Shown here one piece after another: positions 52,372 through 64,000 of a DNA stretch of 64,000 bases (position 1 is the first letter of the stretch; every line of letters starts with the position of its first letter). The position numbers were made by a program, and so were the translations under genes. Source of the stretch: Mobula hypostoma (Eukaryota); NCBI RefSeq assembly GCF_963921235.1, contig NC_086097.1:249056001-249120000 (forward strand), in the 5' to 3' direction. The notes under the pieces were generated by a model. It did not search any database and had not been told where the DNA came from. It saw only the letters and a list, made by a program, of their open reading frames with translations.

Positions 52372-52879
52372 GTAAGTGAAAACTTTGAACTTGTTGCTCG
52401 GGCTACAGTGAGTTTGCCTGAGTTATTGTGAAGATTTGGACTGTGTTTCATGGAGTGTGGGAGAGTGGGGGAGGGGATTTGAAAGAGGTTTGAGGGGTGT
52501 AGGCAGGGTAAATGCAAGCGGCTTATTTCCCACCGGGCTTCGGTGAGACATGACCTGGTCACAGGTTAAGGGTGAAAAGTGAAATATTTAAGGAAACCTG
52601 AAAGGTAAGAGGGCAGCGAAAGTGTGGAACAAGTTGCCAGTGGAAGTGGTGGAACATTTAAGAGACGTTTGGCTAAGTACATGAATGGGAGGCGTATGGA
52701 GGGCTACAGTCCGGGGGTAGGTCGACGGGACGAGGCAGAATAACAGTTCAGCACAGAACAGATGGCCCGAGAGGCCTGTTTCTGTGCTGTAGTGTTCCTT
52801 GACTATGATATCATGAGGAAGGACGGGGCTGTAAAACAAACTAATGAATTCTGTGTCTGTGTTTCTTTCTGTCCATCAG

Positions 52880-52921
52880 GCACCAAACACATTCCCAGCC
52901 ATAAACGATCACAAGCCAGGA
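52880..52921 (+). CDS. COL15A1: NC1 hinge exon (APNTFPAINDHKPG), 42 bp
   Basis: Pyrimidine tract + catcag acceptor, gtaagt donor; phase 0-0; ends in KP-x as human XV does (YEKPA). Confidence 0.85.
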
Positions 52922-54224
52922 GTAAGTGCATGTATTTTTAACTTTTCAAAACCCCCGCGTGATTAAAACAAGTTTCCAGGAGTCATATCTGCTTAATAAC
53001 AGCTGTTGAATGGTCAAAATTGGATTCACAATTTTACGTCACTGAAATGAAAGCAACGTTGAACCTTAGCTCAAATGATAGCGCCCTCGCTTAGCATGTG
53101 AGAGGTAGCAGGATTGATGCCCAGGTTCTCCATTGTCCTTTAGGACAGCACGGCAGTGTAGTGGTTAGCACAACACTTTACAGTACCAGCGACCCAGGTT
53201 CAATTCCCAACGCTGCCTGTAAGGAGTTTGTACGTTCTCCCCATGACCGCATGGGTTTCCTCTGGGTGCCCCGGCTTCCTCCACAATCAAAAGATTGGTC
53301 ATTGCAAATTGTCCCAATTACAATGGGGGGTTAAATTGGGGGTTGCTGGGTGGAGTCTCTTGAAGAGCCAAAAAGGCCTGTTTGAGATACATGCTGTATC
53401 TTAATAAATTACTAAATAGTCTGCACAGTAATGAATTTATCAACATGGAGAAGAGAGCAAGTTTGTAAATCTGGCGGGAGCAAAGGATGTCGGGAATGAC
53501 GAGGTTGGAATGCCGCAGGAGGGGTGTGAGACAGGTGGCAGAGCAGGAGTGCCAGGGGCAGGGGTTGGCACTGGTGCTGAAACACCCAGCCCTGAGACCC
53601 CATTTGATTCCAAACAATTGGATTGTTGATCATTACAGAATGTCTCTCTGGTGCTTCCTGCTCCCTCCCCTCTCCCTTCCCTCTCCCTTCCCCTTTTCCC
53701 AACCCTGATTCCCCCCTCCCTGCCCCCTTCCCACTCTCAGTTCACCATAGAGACCCATATCAGAATCACTCTCATATATCATGAATTTTTCTTGTGGCAA
53801 TCGTACAGTGCAATACATAAAGTTACTACAGTACTGTCTAAAAGTCTTAGACACGTGTGTGTGTATATATCTAGGGTGCCTGAGACTTTTGCTCAGTCCT
53901 GTAGTAATTATATGAGTAGTGCAAAAAAGGGAGCAAAAATACTGAGGTATTGTTCGTGGGTTCTTAGCCAAACAGAAATCTGATAGCAGGGGTGAAGAAG
54001 CTGTTCCTAAAGTGTTCAGGCTCCTGTACCTCCTCGTGGGTAGTAGAATTGAAAAAGTGGGCATGTCCTGTATGCTGGAGTCCTTCCTGATTGCCGCCAC
54101 CTTTCTGAGGCGCTGGCTTCTGAAGATGTCTGTGATATTTGGGAATTATCCCTCGTTCTGAACGGCCAACAAGGAGCTTAGCTCATGGTGGCTTTATCGG
54201 AAGAAGCATTTTCTAAATTACATG

Positions 54225-54690
54225 CACTCAGTGGCCACTTTATTAGGAGACTCTTGTACCTAACAAAGTGTCCACTGGGTGTGTGTTCGCGGTCTCACGC
54301 TGCTGTAGCCCATCCAGTTCAAGGTTCGACATGTTGTGCATAGAGAGATGCTGTTCTGCACACCACTGTTGTAATGTGTGGTTATTTCAGTTACTCCCTC
54401 ATTTGCAATGCACTTTCACTCACAGAGCTACCACTCACTAGATGTTTTTTTTTTGGTTTTTTTGCATCATTCTCTGTAAATTCTAGAGACTGTTGTGCAT
54501 GAAAATTCCAGCAGGTCCAAGGTCAAACTCACCTAGATCATATTTTCTCCCCATACTGATGTTTGGTCTGAACAATGACTGAATCTCCTGACCATGTCTG
54601 CGTGCTTTGATGCATTGCGTTGCTGCCACGTGATTGTTTGACATTAACAAGCAGGTGTACAGGTGTACCTAATAAAGTGGCCACCGAGTG
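54225..54690. mobile_element. Tc1-like MITE
   Basis: Terminal inverted repeats cactcagtggccactttattagg / cctaataaagtggccaccgagtg|TA. Confidence 0.8.
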
Positions 54691-54790
54691 TATACTTAGC
54701 AAATCCTTTTCACCAAAATTGGAGCTTAGGCAAGTAAGAAGATAGAAATAGAAATTTTAACTCAAACCTTTCTCCCTTGTTTCTCTGAAG

Positions 54791-54988
54791 TTGCACTTGG
54801 TGGCTTTGAACACTCCGCTGTCCGGGAACATGCAAGGAATCCGTGGGGCGGATCTTCAGTGCTTCCAGCAAGCTCAAGCCATGGGATCTTTGGCCACCTA
54901 CCGAGCTTTCCTGTCCTCTCAGCTGCAAGATTTGTACACAGTGGTGAGGAAAGCAGACAGGTTAAACATGCCAGTCGTCAACCTGAAG
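54791..54988 (+). CDS. COL15A1: First endostatin/restin-domain exon ([28 protein letters not shown]...VVNLK), 198 bp
   Basis: ctgaag/gtaaca splice sites; clear endostatin-family sequence. Confidence 0.97.
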
Positions 54989-56534
54989 GTAACAACATTT
55001 GCATCAAATGCTGCTTTGGGCAAAGCATGACAACAACTGCGGGGTTAAAGGGAAAGGTACAATGTACTGATTTCCAGAAAATACATCAATTACAGAAAAA
55101 TTGTGATCCCAGGGAGAAATTTATATTCAGAGGAGTCTTCAGTTCCCCATGTTAGTCAGTAGAACATGGAACACTATAGCACAGTACAGGCCCTTCGGCC
55201 CACAATGTAGTGCTGACCATTTAACCTACTCTGAGATCAATCCAACCCTTCCCTCCTACATAACCCTCTATTTCAATGTCATCCTTAAGGATTTCTTTTA
55301 TGTCTCTAAAGTTTCTGCCTCCACCACCACCCCAGTCAGTGAATTTCATGCACCCGTCACTCTCTGTGTAAAAAAAATACCTCTGACATTCTCCCTATAC
55401 TTTCCACCAACTGCCTTAAAATCATGATCCCTCGTATTTGCCATTTCTGTCCTGGGAAAAGGGCGTTGATTTTCCACTCTCTCGCTGCCTCTTGTCACCT
55501 TATACAACTCTATCAAGTCACTTCCCATCATCTTTCACCCCAAAAAGTAAAACCCTCATAAGACATGCTCCCTAATCCAGGCAGCACCCTGGTAAATCTC
55601 CTCTGCACCCTTTCTAAAGCTTTCACATCCTTCCTATAATGAGATGAACAGAACTGAACACAGTACTCAAAAGTGGTCTAACCAGGGTTTTATAGAGCAG
55701 CAACATTACCTCAAACTCTTGTACTCAATCTCCTGACTAATGAAGGCCAACTCACCAAATGCCTTCTTAACAACCCTATCAACTTATGGAGATGTTGGAG
55801 AATATTTCAGAGGATTTTTTTCAACATATATTGTTTCTTATTGATGCTGTTTTTTTTCTTTATTTTTGTCTTTTTCAAAATGTTGGGGCATTAATGGACT
55901 TTAGACATTGTTGGGGGAGGAGAGGGATTAGTGTGCATTATAAGATGCATTAGTTTCCTAAATACTAGAGGATGAATGTTCATGTAAATCTGCAAATATA
56001 TAATATTTATAAAATAAAAATTACCCTGATGTAGAAACACTAGTGGTTCCAAACAGTTTTGGTTACGGATTAGTGCAGCAGTGGAGAATCATGGTTTGAA
56101 TATATTTGCAATGATCAGAGCACAGAGAACAAATAATGCCTTGGGGGTTGGAGGCAGTGGTTAATGGTGTCAGTTATTTTGTTCATATTTTCCTTGAACA
56201 GTTTGGACAAAACTCTATCATTTTTCATGTTCCCTTCTGTAAAGCACTATAGGGCTATTAAAATAAAAACTTTACACCATTTTAAAAGTTTCTTCTCCCA
56301 AGCAATCATTCTATTTGGCCCCCTCCTTACCCCCATCTATCTATGACCTCAGTCACCGCACGGTAAATTGTAAATACATGCTAGTATTTATGTATTGATG
56401 CACATTTTATTCCATATTCGTACTTTGACCTCTAACTTTATTTTTAAATAATTCTCTATTCCTTATAATTGTTGAATGATTTTTTGTAGCAGTCATGCCA
56501 GTATAGCAGAGCAAATTCCTAATACTTGTAAATG

Positions 56535-57055
56535 TACAGTACCGTACAATAGTCTTGTGCACATTTATATAGCTTGGGTGCCTAAAGACATTTGCACAGC
56601 GCTGTATTTGTCAACGTGGAGTGGAGAGCAAGTTGGTAAATCAGGCAGAAGCAAAGGACGTTGGGAGTGGTGAGGGTGGGGTGCTGTGGGAGGGGTCTGG
56701 GACCGGTGGCAGAGAAAGAGTGCCTGGGTCGTGGGGTGTGCTGGGTGCATATGCAAGATCATTTGATTCCAAACAATTGGTTTATTGATCATTACAGAAT
56801 GTCTCTCTGGTGCTTCCCGCTCCCTCTCCTCTCCCTTCCCCTTTTCCCAACCATGATTCCCCTCTCCCTGCCCCCTTCCCACTCCCAGTCCACCATAGAG
56901 ACTCAGATCAGAATCAGGTTTATCATCACTTGCATATGTCATGAAATTAGGGTTTTTTTTTACAGCAGCAGTACAGTGCAATACATAAAATTACTGCAAA
57001 AGTCTTAGACACACATATATAGCTAAGGATACTAAGACTTTTGCACAATACTGTA
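56535..57055. mobile_element. Composite MITE-like element: ~380-bp core bracketed by ~70-bp palindromic Tc1-like modules. Copies: ~16530-17010, 45535-46061, 53420-53903
   Basis: Four alignable cores. End modules approximate tacagtactgtgcaaaagtcttaggcac...gtgcctaagacttttgcacagtactgta. Confidence 0.75.
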
Positions 57056-57774
57056 TATGGCAAATTAAGTTGACCGTTCACATTTTCTAGTGTCACACAA
57101 ACTAATTGAAATCAGTTTTGCAGTTTTAAGCAAAAATTGGACACAAGAGCTAATTAATTGCCTCTAAGGATATTAAAGAACTATTTGGGTTTGTATGTCT
57201 GAGTCTCATTTGCTTACAGGCTTTTATAAACTTATATTTTATGTTCAGACCCCCGTCAAATTTGATTGTCTGGGATATTAATCCAGGCCTTTAGAATACT
57301 GTTCAAGTAAGCAGACGGAAGCTCCCACTCTGAGTCGGACATTACAGAGTGAGGGAACTGGAAAACATTGGAATAGCTTTATTATCATGGTCACATTCAC
57401 ATCAAGGCATGGGCGGCTCAATAGCATAGTGATTAGCACAACGCTTTACAGTACAGGTGAGCCGGGTTCAATTCCCGCCGCTGCCTGTAAGGAGTTTGTA
57501 CCTTCTCTCTGTGACCGTGTGGGTTTCGACCAGGTTTCCCCCACTGTCCAAAGACCATAAGGCCATAAGACCATAAGACATAGGAGCAAAGTTTGGCCCA
57601 TTGAGTCTGCTCTGCCTTCCAATCATGGGCTGATCCAATTCTTCCAGTCATCCCCACTCCCCTGCCTTCTCCCCATACCCTCTGATGCCCTGGCTAATCA
57701 AGATCCTATCAATCTCTGCCTTAAATACACCCAATAACTTGGCCTCCACAACCTCTCATGGCAACAAGTTTGTG

Positions 57775-58392
57775 GAACTAGTGGTCGAATGGCCAATCCA
57801 GTTATTTGTAATGGAACTGATGATCGAATGGCCAATCCCGTTGTTTGCAATGGAACGGGTGATCGAATGGCCAATCCCGTTGTTTGCAATGGAACGGGTG
57901 ATGGAATGGCCAATCCCATTGTTTGCAATGGAACAGGTGATCGAATGGCCAATCCCGTTGTTTGCAATGGAACGGGTGATGGAATGGCCAATCCCATTGT
58001 TTGCAATGGAACAGGTGATCGAATGGCCAATCCCGTTGTTTGCAATGGAATGGGTGATCAAATGGCCAATCTGGTTGTTTGCAATGGAACGGGTGATCGA
58101 ATGGCCAATCCCGTTGTTTGCAATGGAACGGGTGATGGAATGGCCAATCCCGTTGTTTGCAATACAATGGGTGATCGAATGGCCAATCCCGTTGTTAGCA
58201 ATGGAACGGGTGATGGAATGGCCAATCCCGTTGTTTGCAATGGAACAGGTGATCGAATGGCCAATCCAGTTGTTTGCAATGGAACTGACGATTGAATGGC
58301 CAATCTAGTTGTTTGCAATGGAAGTGACGATTGAATGGCCAATCCAGTTGTTTGCAATGGAACGGGTGAACGAATGGCCAATCCGATTGTTT
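57775..58392. repeat. 39-bp minisatellite, ~15 copies (gaatggccaatcccgttgtttgcaatggaacgggtgatc)
   Basis: Direct repetition; 13-aa periodicity in the ORF track. Confidence 0.97.
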
Positions 58393-59619
58393 GGATTCTC
58401 ACTCATCATGTTGCAGAGCAGAGATGTAATGTTGAGATTTTCTAAAGCACTGGTGAGGCCTCACTTGGAGTATAGTGAGCAGTCTTGGGCCCCTTATCTC
58501 AGCAAGGAGGGACATAGGAGGGGGTTCAAAAGAGGTTCACAAAAATTATTCTGGGATTGAAAGGGTTACACCTGAGGACTGATCGATTTCTATGGGTCTA
58601 CTCACCGGAATGGGGAGGGGGTTGAGTCAGGGCATGGATAGTTCTGGGGAGGAGGCAGGAGACTGGGACAGAGAGGAGAATGGATGAAACGGTAAGCCGA
58701 CTCGATGGGCCAAATGGCCTAATTCTGCTCCTGTGTCTTATTGTTTATGCGCTACATAACAGCTTTCACAATCATTTTTCCAATGTCAAAACAGAAATGA
58801 ATTGCTTCCTGGCATTCAGTTTTACAAGTTGCTCAGAAGGGATTTGGCTGGGTTGCTAATCCACTCCCTGAACCACAGTTCTGCAGTATATTGAAACAAT
58901 ACCAAAACAGATGAAAGTTTATTTTAACCATTGGCATTAATGTGTGATAATAAAGGCTGTTGAACATTTAATTAATTCCATGTTATTCTCAGTAATAATT
59001 GCACACTGAAACAATAACAGAACAACAAAATATTTGGCAACAAACACACAAAATTCTGCAGGAACCCGGCAGGTCAGGCAACGTCTCGAAGGCCTCCGCT
59101 AGTCAGAGTCGAGCATGGTTGCTGTGTCCTAGCTGTCTAGATGCACAAGCCTGGGCAGTAGGATATGGAGAGCAAACTGTTGCCCATGCAGCAGACTCCT
59201 GATGAGCCCAAAGGAACAATAGAGAGTAATACTGATTAGCACCAGCAGCTTCGAAGGAGTTGCCAGTCAGCGTTGAACTCAATCGAGGATTCCCTGCGGG
59301 ATCCCAATCTGGATTTTTCACTTGGGGTTTACTCCTGAAGCCTTCTCCACGATGGGGTATAGCTGCAAGGAAACGGATGTCTAAAGCCAGAGTTTTCCCT
59401 CTCCGAGATGAGCTGCCAGCCACGGCTGAAGAAGCCCATCTGCCCGAGGCGACTGGTTTTAAGGTGACAGTAACCCACCTTTGCCCCTTCTCCTGTCAAT
59501 AGAAACAGTCTGCTAGGCTGAGTAGCTGAGCCCCAGATGAAGGCCAGGAGCTGGACTTGGTTGTCAGAGGCCACTTGAGACGCACGCATTTAGGAGCTCA
59601 ACCCAGATCAGTGTGAAGT

Positions 59620-61305
59620 GGCTCATTTTGGTAGGTCAAATTTGAAGACAGAATGGTAAAACTCTTGGCAGTGTGGAGGATCAGAGAGATCTTTGGGTCC
59701 AAGTCCATAGGACGCTCAAAGCTGCTGTGCAAGTTGACAGTGTTGTTAAGAAGGTGTATGGTTTGTTGGCATTCATCAACTGTGGGACTGAGTTCAAGAG
59801 CCGTGAGGTAATGTTACAGCTATATATTAGACCCCACTCGAAGTACTGTGCTCAGTTCTGGTCACCTCACTACAGGAAGGATGTGGATACTATAGAGAGA
59901 GTGCAGAGGAGATTTACAAGGATGTTGCCTGGATTGGGGAGCATGCCTTATGAGAATAGGTTGAGTGAACTTGGCCTTTTCTCCTTGGAGTGACGGAGGA
60001 TGAGAGGTGACCTGATAGAGGTGTATAAGATGATGAGAGGCATTGGTCGTGTGGATAGTCAAAGGCTTTTTCCCAGGGTTGAATTGGCTAACATGAGGGG
60101 GCGTAATTTTAAGGTGATTGAAAGCAGGTACAGAGGGGATGTCAGGGATAAGTTTTTCACACACAGAGTGGAGGGTGCGTGGAATGCACTGCCTGTGACA
60201 GTGGTAGAGGTGGATACAATAGGGTTTTTTACATGGTACATGAAGTTTTGAAAAATAGAGGGCTCTGCAGTTAGGAAATTCTTGTCCTGGGTGATGGGGG
60301 TCCTTAATGAGGGCAGATGAAGTTCAACCTAGATAAGTGTGAGCTGCTTCATTTTGGTAGGTGAAATACAGAATATAGTACAGTATTAATGGTAAGACTC
60401 TTGGCAGTGTGGAGGATCAGAGGGATCTTTGGGTCCAAGTCCATAGGACGCTCAAAGCTGCTACACAGGTTGACTCTGTGGTTAAGAAAGTATATGGTGC
60501 ATTGGCCTTCATCAATCACAGGACACGAGGAAATCTGCAGATGCTGGAAGTTCAAGCAACACACATAAAAGTTGCTGGTGAACGCAGTAGGCCAGGCAGC
60601 ATCTATAGTTAGTCCTGACGAAGGGTCTCGGTCCGAAACATCGACTGTACCTCTTCCTAGAGATGCTGCCTGGCCTGCTGCGTTCACCAGCAACTTTTAT
60701 ATCAATCACGGGATTGAGTTTAGGAGCCGAGAGGTAATGTTGCAGCTATATAGAACCCTGGTCAGACCCCACTTGGAGTACTGGGCTCAGTTCTGGTTGC
60801 CTCACTACAGAAAGGATGTGGAAACTATTGAAAGGGTGCAGAGGAGATTTACGAGGATGTTGCCTGGATTGGGGAGCATGCCCTATGAGAATAGGTTGAG
60901 TGAACTCAGCCTTTTTCCCTGGAGTGATGGAGGATGAGAGGTGACCTGATAGAGGTGTATAAGATGATGAGAGGCATTGATCCTGTGGATAGTCAGAGGC
61001 TTTTTCCCAGGGCTGAAATTGCTAGCACGAGAAGGCACAGTTTTAAGGTGCTTGGAAGTAGGTACAGAGGAGACGTCAGGGGTAAGTTTTTTACGCAGAG
61101 AGCGGTGAGTGTGTGGAATGGACTGCTGGCAACGGTGGTGGAGGCAGATACAATAGGGTCTATTAGGAGACTTTTGGATAGGTACGTGGAGCTTAGAAAA
61201 ATAGAGGGCTATGATCAACCCTAAGTAATTTCTAAGGTAAGGACGTGTTCGGCACAGCTTTGTGGGCTGAAGGGCCTGTATTGTGCTGCAGGTTTTCTAT
61301 GTTTT
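59620..61305 (+). mobile_element. Two tandem CR1 3' fragments (~59620-60280 and ~60312-61305)
   Basis: EDQRDLWVQVHRTLK...REVMLQLY...RRFTRMLPG occurs twice. Confidence 0.9.
60520..60700. mobile_element. Miniature inverted Penelope-terminus element with a hammerhead (60611-60646, +), inserted in a CR1
   Basis: ~40-bp inverted arms. Target duplication ATCAATCAC at 60511-60519 and 60701-60709. The CR1 frame resumes afterwards (INHGIEFRSRE). Confidence 0.88.
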
Positions 61306-62607
61306 TATACCACCTTTCTGAGGCATTGCTCCTTGAAGGTGTCTTAGATACTACAAAGGCTAGTATCCCTGATGGAGCTGACTAATTTTACCACTCTCTG
61401 CAGCCTACTTTGACCCTGTGCAGTAGCCCAACCCTCCCCCCATACCGGATGGTGATACAGCCATTGTACATGATAGAAGGATGAAAAGAGATGACGAAGG
61501 GTCTCGGCCTGAAACGTCGACTGTACCTCTTCCCAGAGATGCTGCCTGGCCTGCTGCGTTCACCAGTAACTTTGATGTGTGTTGCGTGATAGAATTATTC
61601 TTGGAATTCTAAGACACCAATCACTGAACGTTATCCTACTCCATGACTCGGCATTTATCATTTTACTGCACATAATTCTGGCTGATACTTTATGTAGAGG
61701 ACAGAGAAGCACCAGAAAGTCAAGACTGATCATGTCAGGGGATGAACAGCTAGAGTTTCTTTACGTTTCAGAAAGGCTGAGTGGCGAGGGGGTCACCAGA
61801 TAGAGCAGAAGTAGATGACATCAGAAGTGCTGAGAATGTGAATCTGCCCTCACGTTGGGATGGTTCAAGAGAATGGTCTTCAGGGCAGGCTGGACAGGCA
61901 CGCAAAGGGGAAGGGAAAAGAGGATGGCAATGATTTATTTTTTGGGTGGTGGAGTGGAGATACATCTCTATTAAGGGAGATGCAAGGCACTCCTTCCCTC
62001 CACTAGCCTTCAGGTCACCCTTGGGCAAGGTGTAGCACCTGTTTCGCCCCCCAGTCAGGTCACGTGGAGACTTGGAAGCAGGTGGTGGATGGTCGTATGA
62101 GCAGCCGGTGCAGATCACAAGTCCTGGTTATGTGACCACTGACACCAGGCAAGACAATCTCTGAAGAGTACTGATAATGGCTGAGGTCACCTATCCTGTA
62201 AAGACACTGCCCAGAAGAAGGCAATGGCAAACCACTTCTGTTGAAAAAATTGCCAAGAACAGTCATGGTCACTGTATCCTGATTACCCACGTCATACAAC
62301 ATGGCACGTAGCAAACGAACAATGTCATTAAAGTAAATTGTGAAAGTTGGTCCCAGAAATACTCCTAGTGAAACTCATTCCACTCTAGGATAGAATAGAA
62401 CAGAACTTTATTGTCATTTCCCAAGGCAATGAGATTGTGGTGCTACTCCAGTCCATGCAAAGCATATATTTACAATGCATACGATACAGCTTAGTTAAAA
62501 ATAAAATTCATACATTTACATTCAACAAATGACTTTGATAGTCCATAACTATCAAAGTCAAGGCCACTTAATTAAAAGAGAGGTGAAAATACCAAGGTAG
62601 TGTATCA

Positions 62608-62775
62608 GAAACACGAGAAAATCTGCAGATGCTGGAAATCCAAAGCAACACACCCAAAATACTGGAGGAACTCAGCAGGCCAGACCTGATTAAGGGTCTT
62701 GGCTGGAAGCATAGACTGTTTACTCTTTTTATAGATGCTGCCTGGCCTGCTGAATTCCTCCAGCATTTTGTGTAG
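62608..62775. mobile_element. Degenerate miniature inverted Penelope-terminus element
   Basis: caaaatactggaggaactcagcaggccag ... ctggcctgctgaattcctccagcattttg around a decayed hammerhead. Confidence 0.65.
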
Positions 62776-64000
62776 GTTCCAGTAAGTACAAGCCCAGATG
62801 AGACAAAAGTCATTGATGAGAATGGCTTGGACCCAAAATGCAAGGGTAACCATGGCAAAGATTGAGACACGGTTTCAAACTGGATCGAGAATCTGAGCAC
62901 AAAACCAACACTAGATGAAATCACAAATAGGCTTACGATTGAGCGCCGAACATCAGTCCAGGTGTTCCTTAAGTGCTCAGTCCTTGCTGCCCAAAATATT
63001 AGCAGGACTGTCCTGAAACTTTAAAGATACTGCACCAGCTATCCGTACTCTGGGGAGTCAAAGCATCTAAACTTCAGAAGCTCATGTAGATGGGTGCATG
63101 TCGTGACACCAGAGCCATCAAATGCTCCTCATATCATCATATACACCTCTGTCAAGTCAAAGATTCAAAGGACCTTTATTACAGACAGAATACAACCCTG
63201 AGATTCGTCTCCCCACAGGCAGCCACGTAACAAAGAAACAGCATGGAATCCATTCAGAAAACACCAAACACACAAAGTACCAAAAAAAGAGCAGAAGATG
63301 CAAATGACAAAAAACAAGCCAATAGCACGCAGAATATTAAACATCAAACTGGAGTCCTTCAAGCAGTCTAGGAATATACAGTTCAGTTCAATTCAAGTTA
63401 GCCCTGTGTCATTCGTTAACTGCAGACCGCACAGCCTGTCTGCGTCGAAGTGCCCCGATTGAAATAACACAAAATAGCAATTTTAAAAGTGCGTAACCGG
63501 AAACCAGAAACACGTCTAACATGAACTGCAGAGTTCTCGAAAATCTAGTCCAATCCACAAAGTGCACCAATCAGTCATTTTTCATCCTTCTATGAAAATA
63601 TGGATAATGCAAATTGGAATTTCACACAATGGCACTTATTGAAAAGCGAAGTCCAGGGAGAATAAATCCTACCCCACCTGCTGTGTATGATTACATGTTC
63701 CACCAGACAATGCAGGACAATGTGGGCACCCAAGATAGCCTGATATTCCCAATGCCATTGGAAGTGCATTGAAAAGTCTTTAAGGCCGAGGAGGAGGTAA
63801 ACTTCAAAGGGACTGAAATCTATAACAGAAGGATAAGACCACAAGACATAGGAGCAGAATTAGGCCATTTGGCCCATCAAGTCTGCTCCACCATTTCTTC
63901 GTGGCTGATCCCATTTTCCTCTCAGCTCCAATCTCCTGCCTTCACTATGTATCATAGAAACATAGAAAACATACACACAATACAGGCCCTTCGGCCCTCA

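Noticed and set aside
12967..54988. Calling the gene COL18A1
   Set aside because: The endostatin exon is XVIII-like, but RPHCKMP, NIKG, LGDLIP, the short hinge and the missing HxH motif all favour COL15A1. Phylogeny is needed for certainty.
57685..58402. Repeat proteins (MERVIEWPIPLFA)n etc., or a CRISPR array
   Set aside because: These are head-to-tail 39-bp units with no unique spacers. ORFs appear in nearly all frames, which marks a minisatellite; the context is eukaryotic and has no cas genes.
54989..64000. Remaining endostatin-domain exons
   Set aside because: I found no G.VLF..W or WHG-type exon. They probably lie beyond the window end, so their absence is not evidence of pseudogenisation.

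Overview
This is eukaryotic genomic DNA, most likely from a cartilaginous fish (ray or shark). That is inferred from the repeat landscape, which is dominated by CR1, V-SINE and Penelope elements. The window holds the 3' part of a multiplexin collagen gene, best matching COL15A1, on the + strand. I traced 17 GT-AG exons (12967-54988) with mutually consistent phases. They splice into one 1338-nt, 446-aa open frame: interrupted Gly-X-Y segments, the trimerisation domain, a short hinge and the first endostatin/restin exon. No further exons were found inside the window. The introns are mostly mobile DNA: CR1 LINEs, Rex/Babar, L1/Tx1 fragments, tRNA-SINEs, RTE-related short elements, Tc1/mariner derivatives, two probable solo LTRs and many Penelope-like (GIY-YIG) pieces. 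Most notable observations: (1) Penelope-derived elements insert as head-to-head inverted units from 2.9 kb down to about 0.2 kb. Four have clear target-site duplications (TSDs), and they carry a minimal hammerhead ribozyme with consistent stem II variation. (2) A 2.8-kb intronic minisatellite whose unit mimics a 3' splice site, with some units also carrying AG|GT. (3) A collagen XV restin exon that keeps the collagen XVIII-type GIRG loop. (4) A Tc1 element built from two right ends. All comparisons to other species are from memory, not from database searches.
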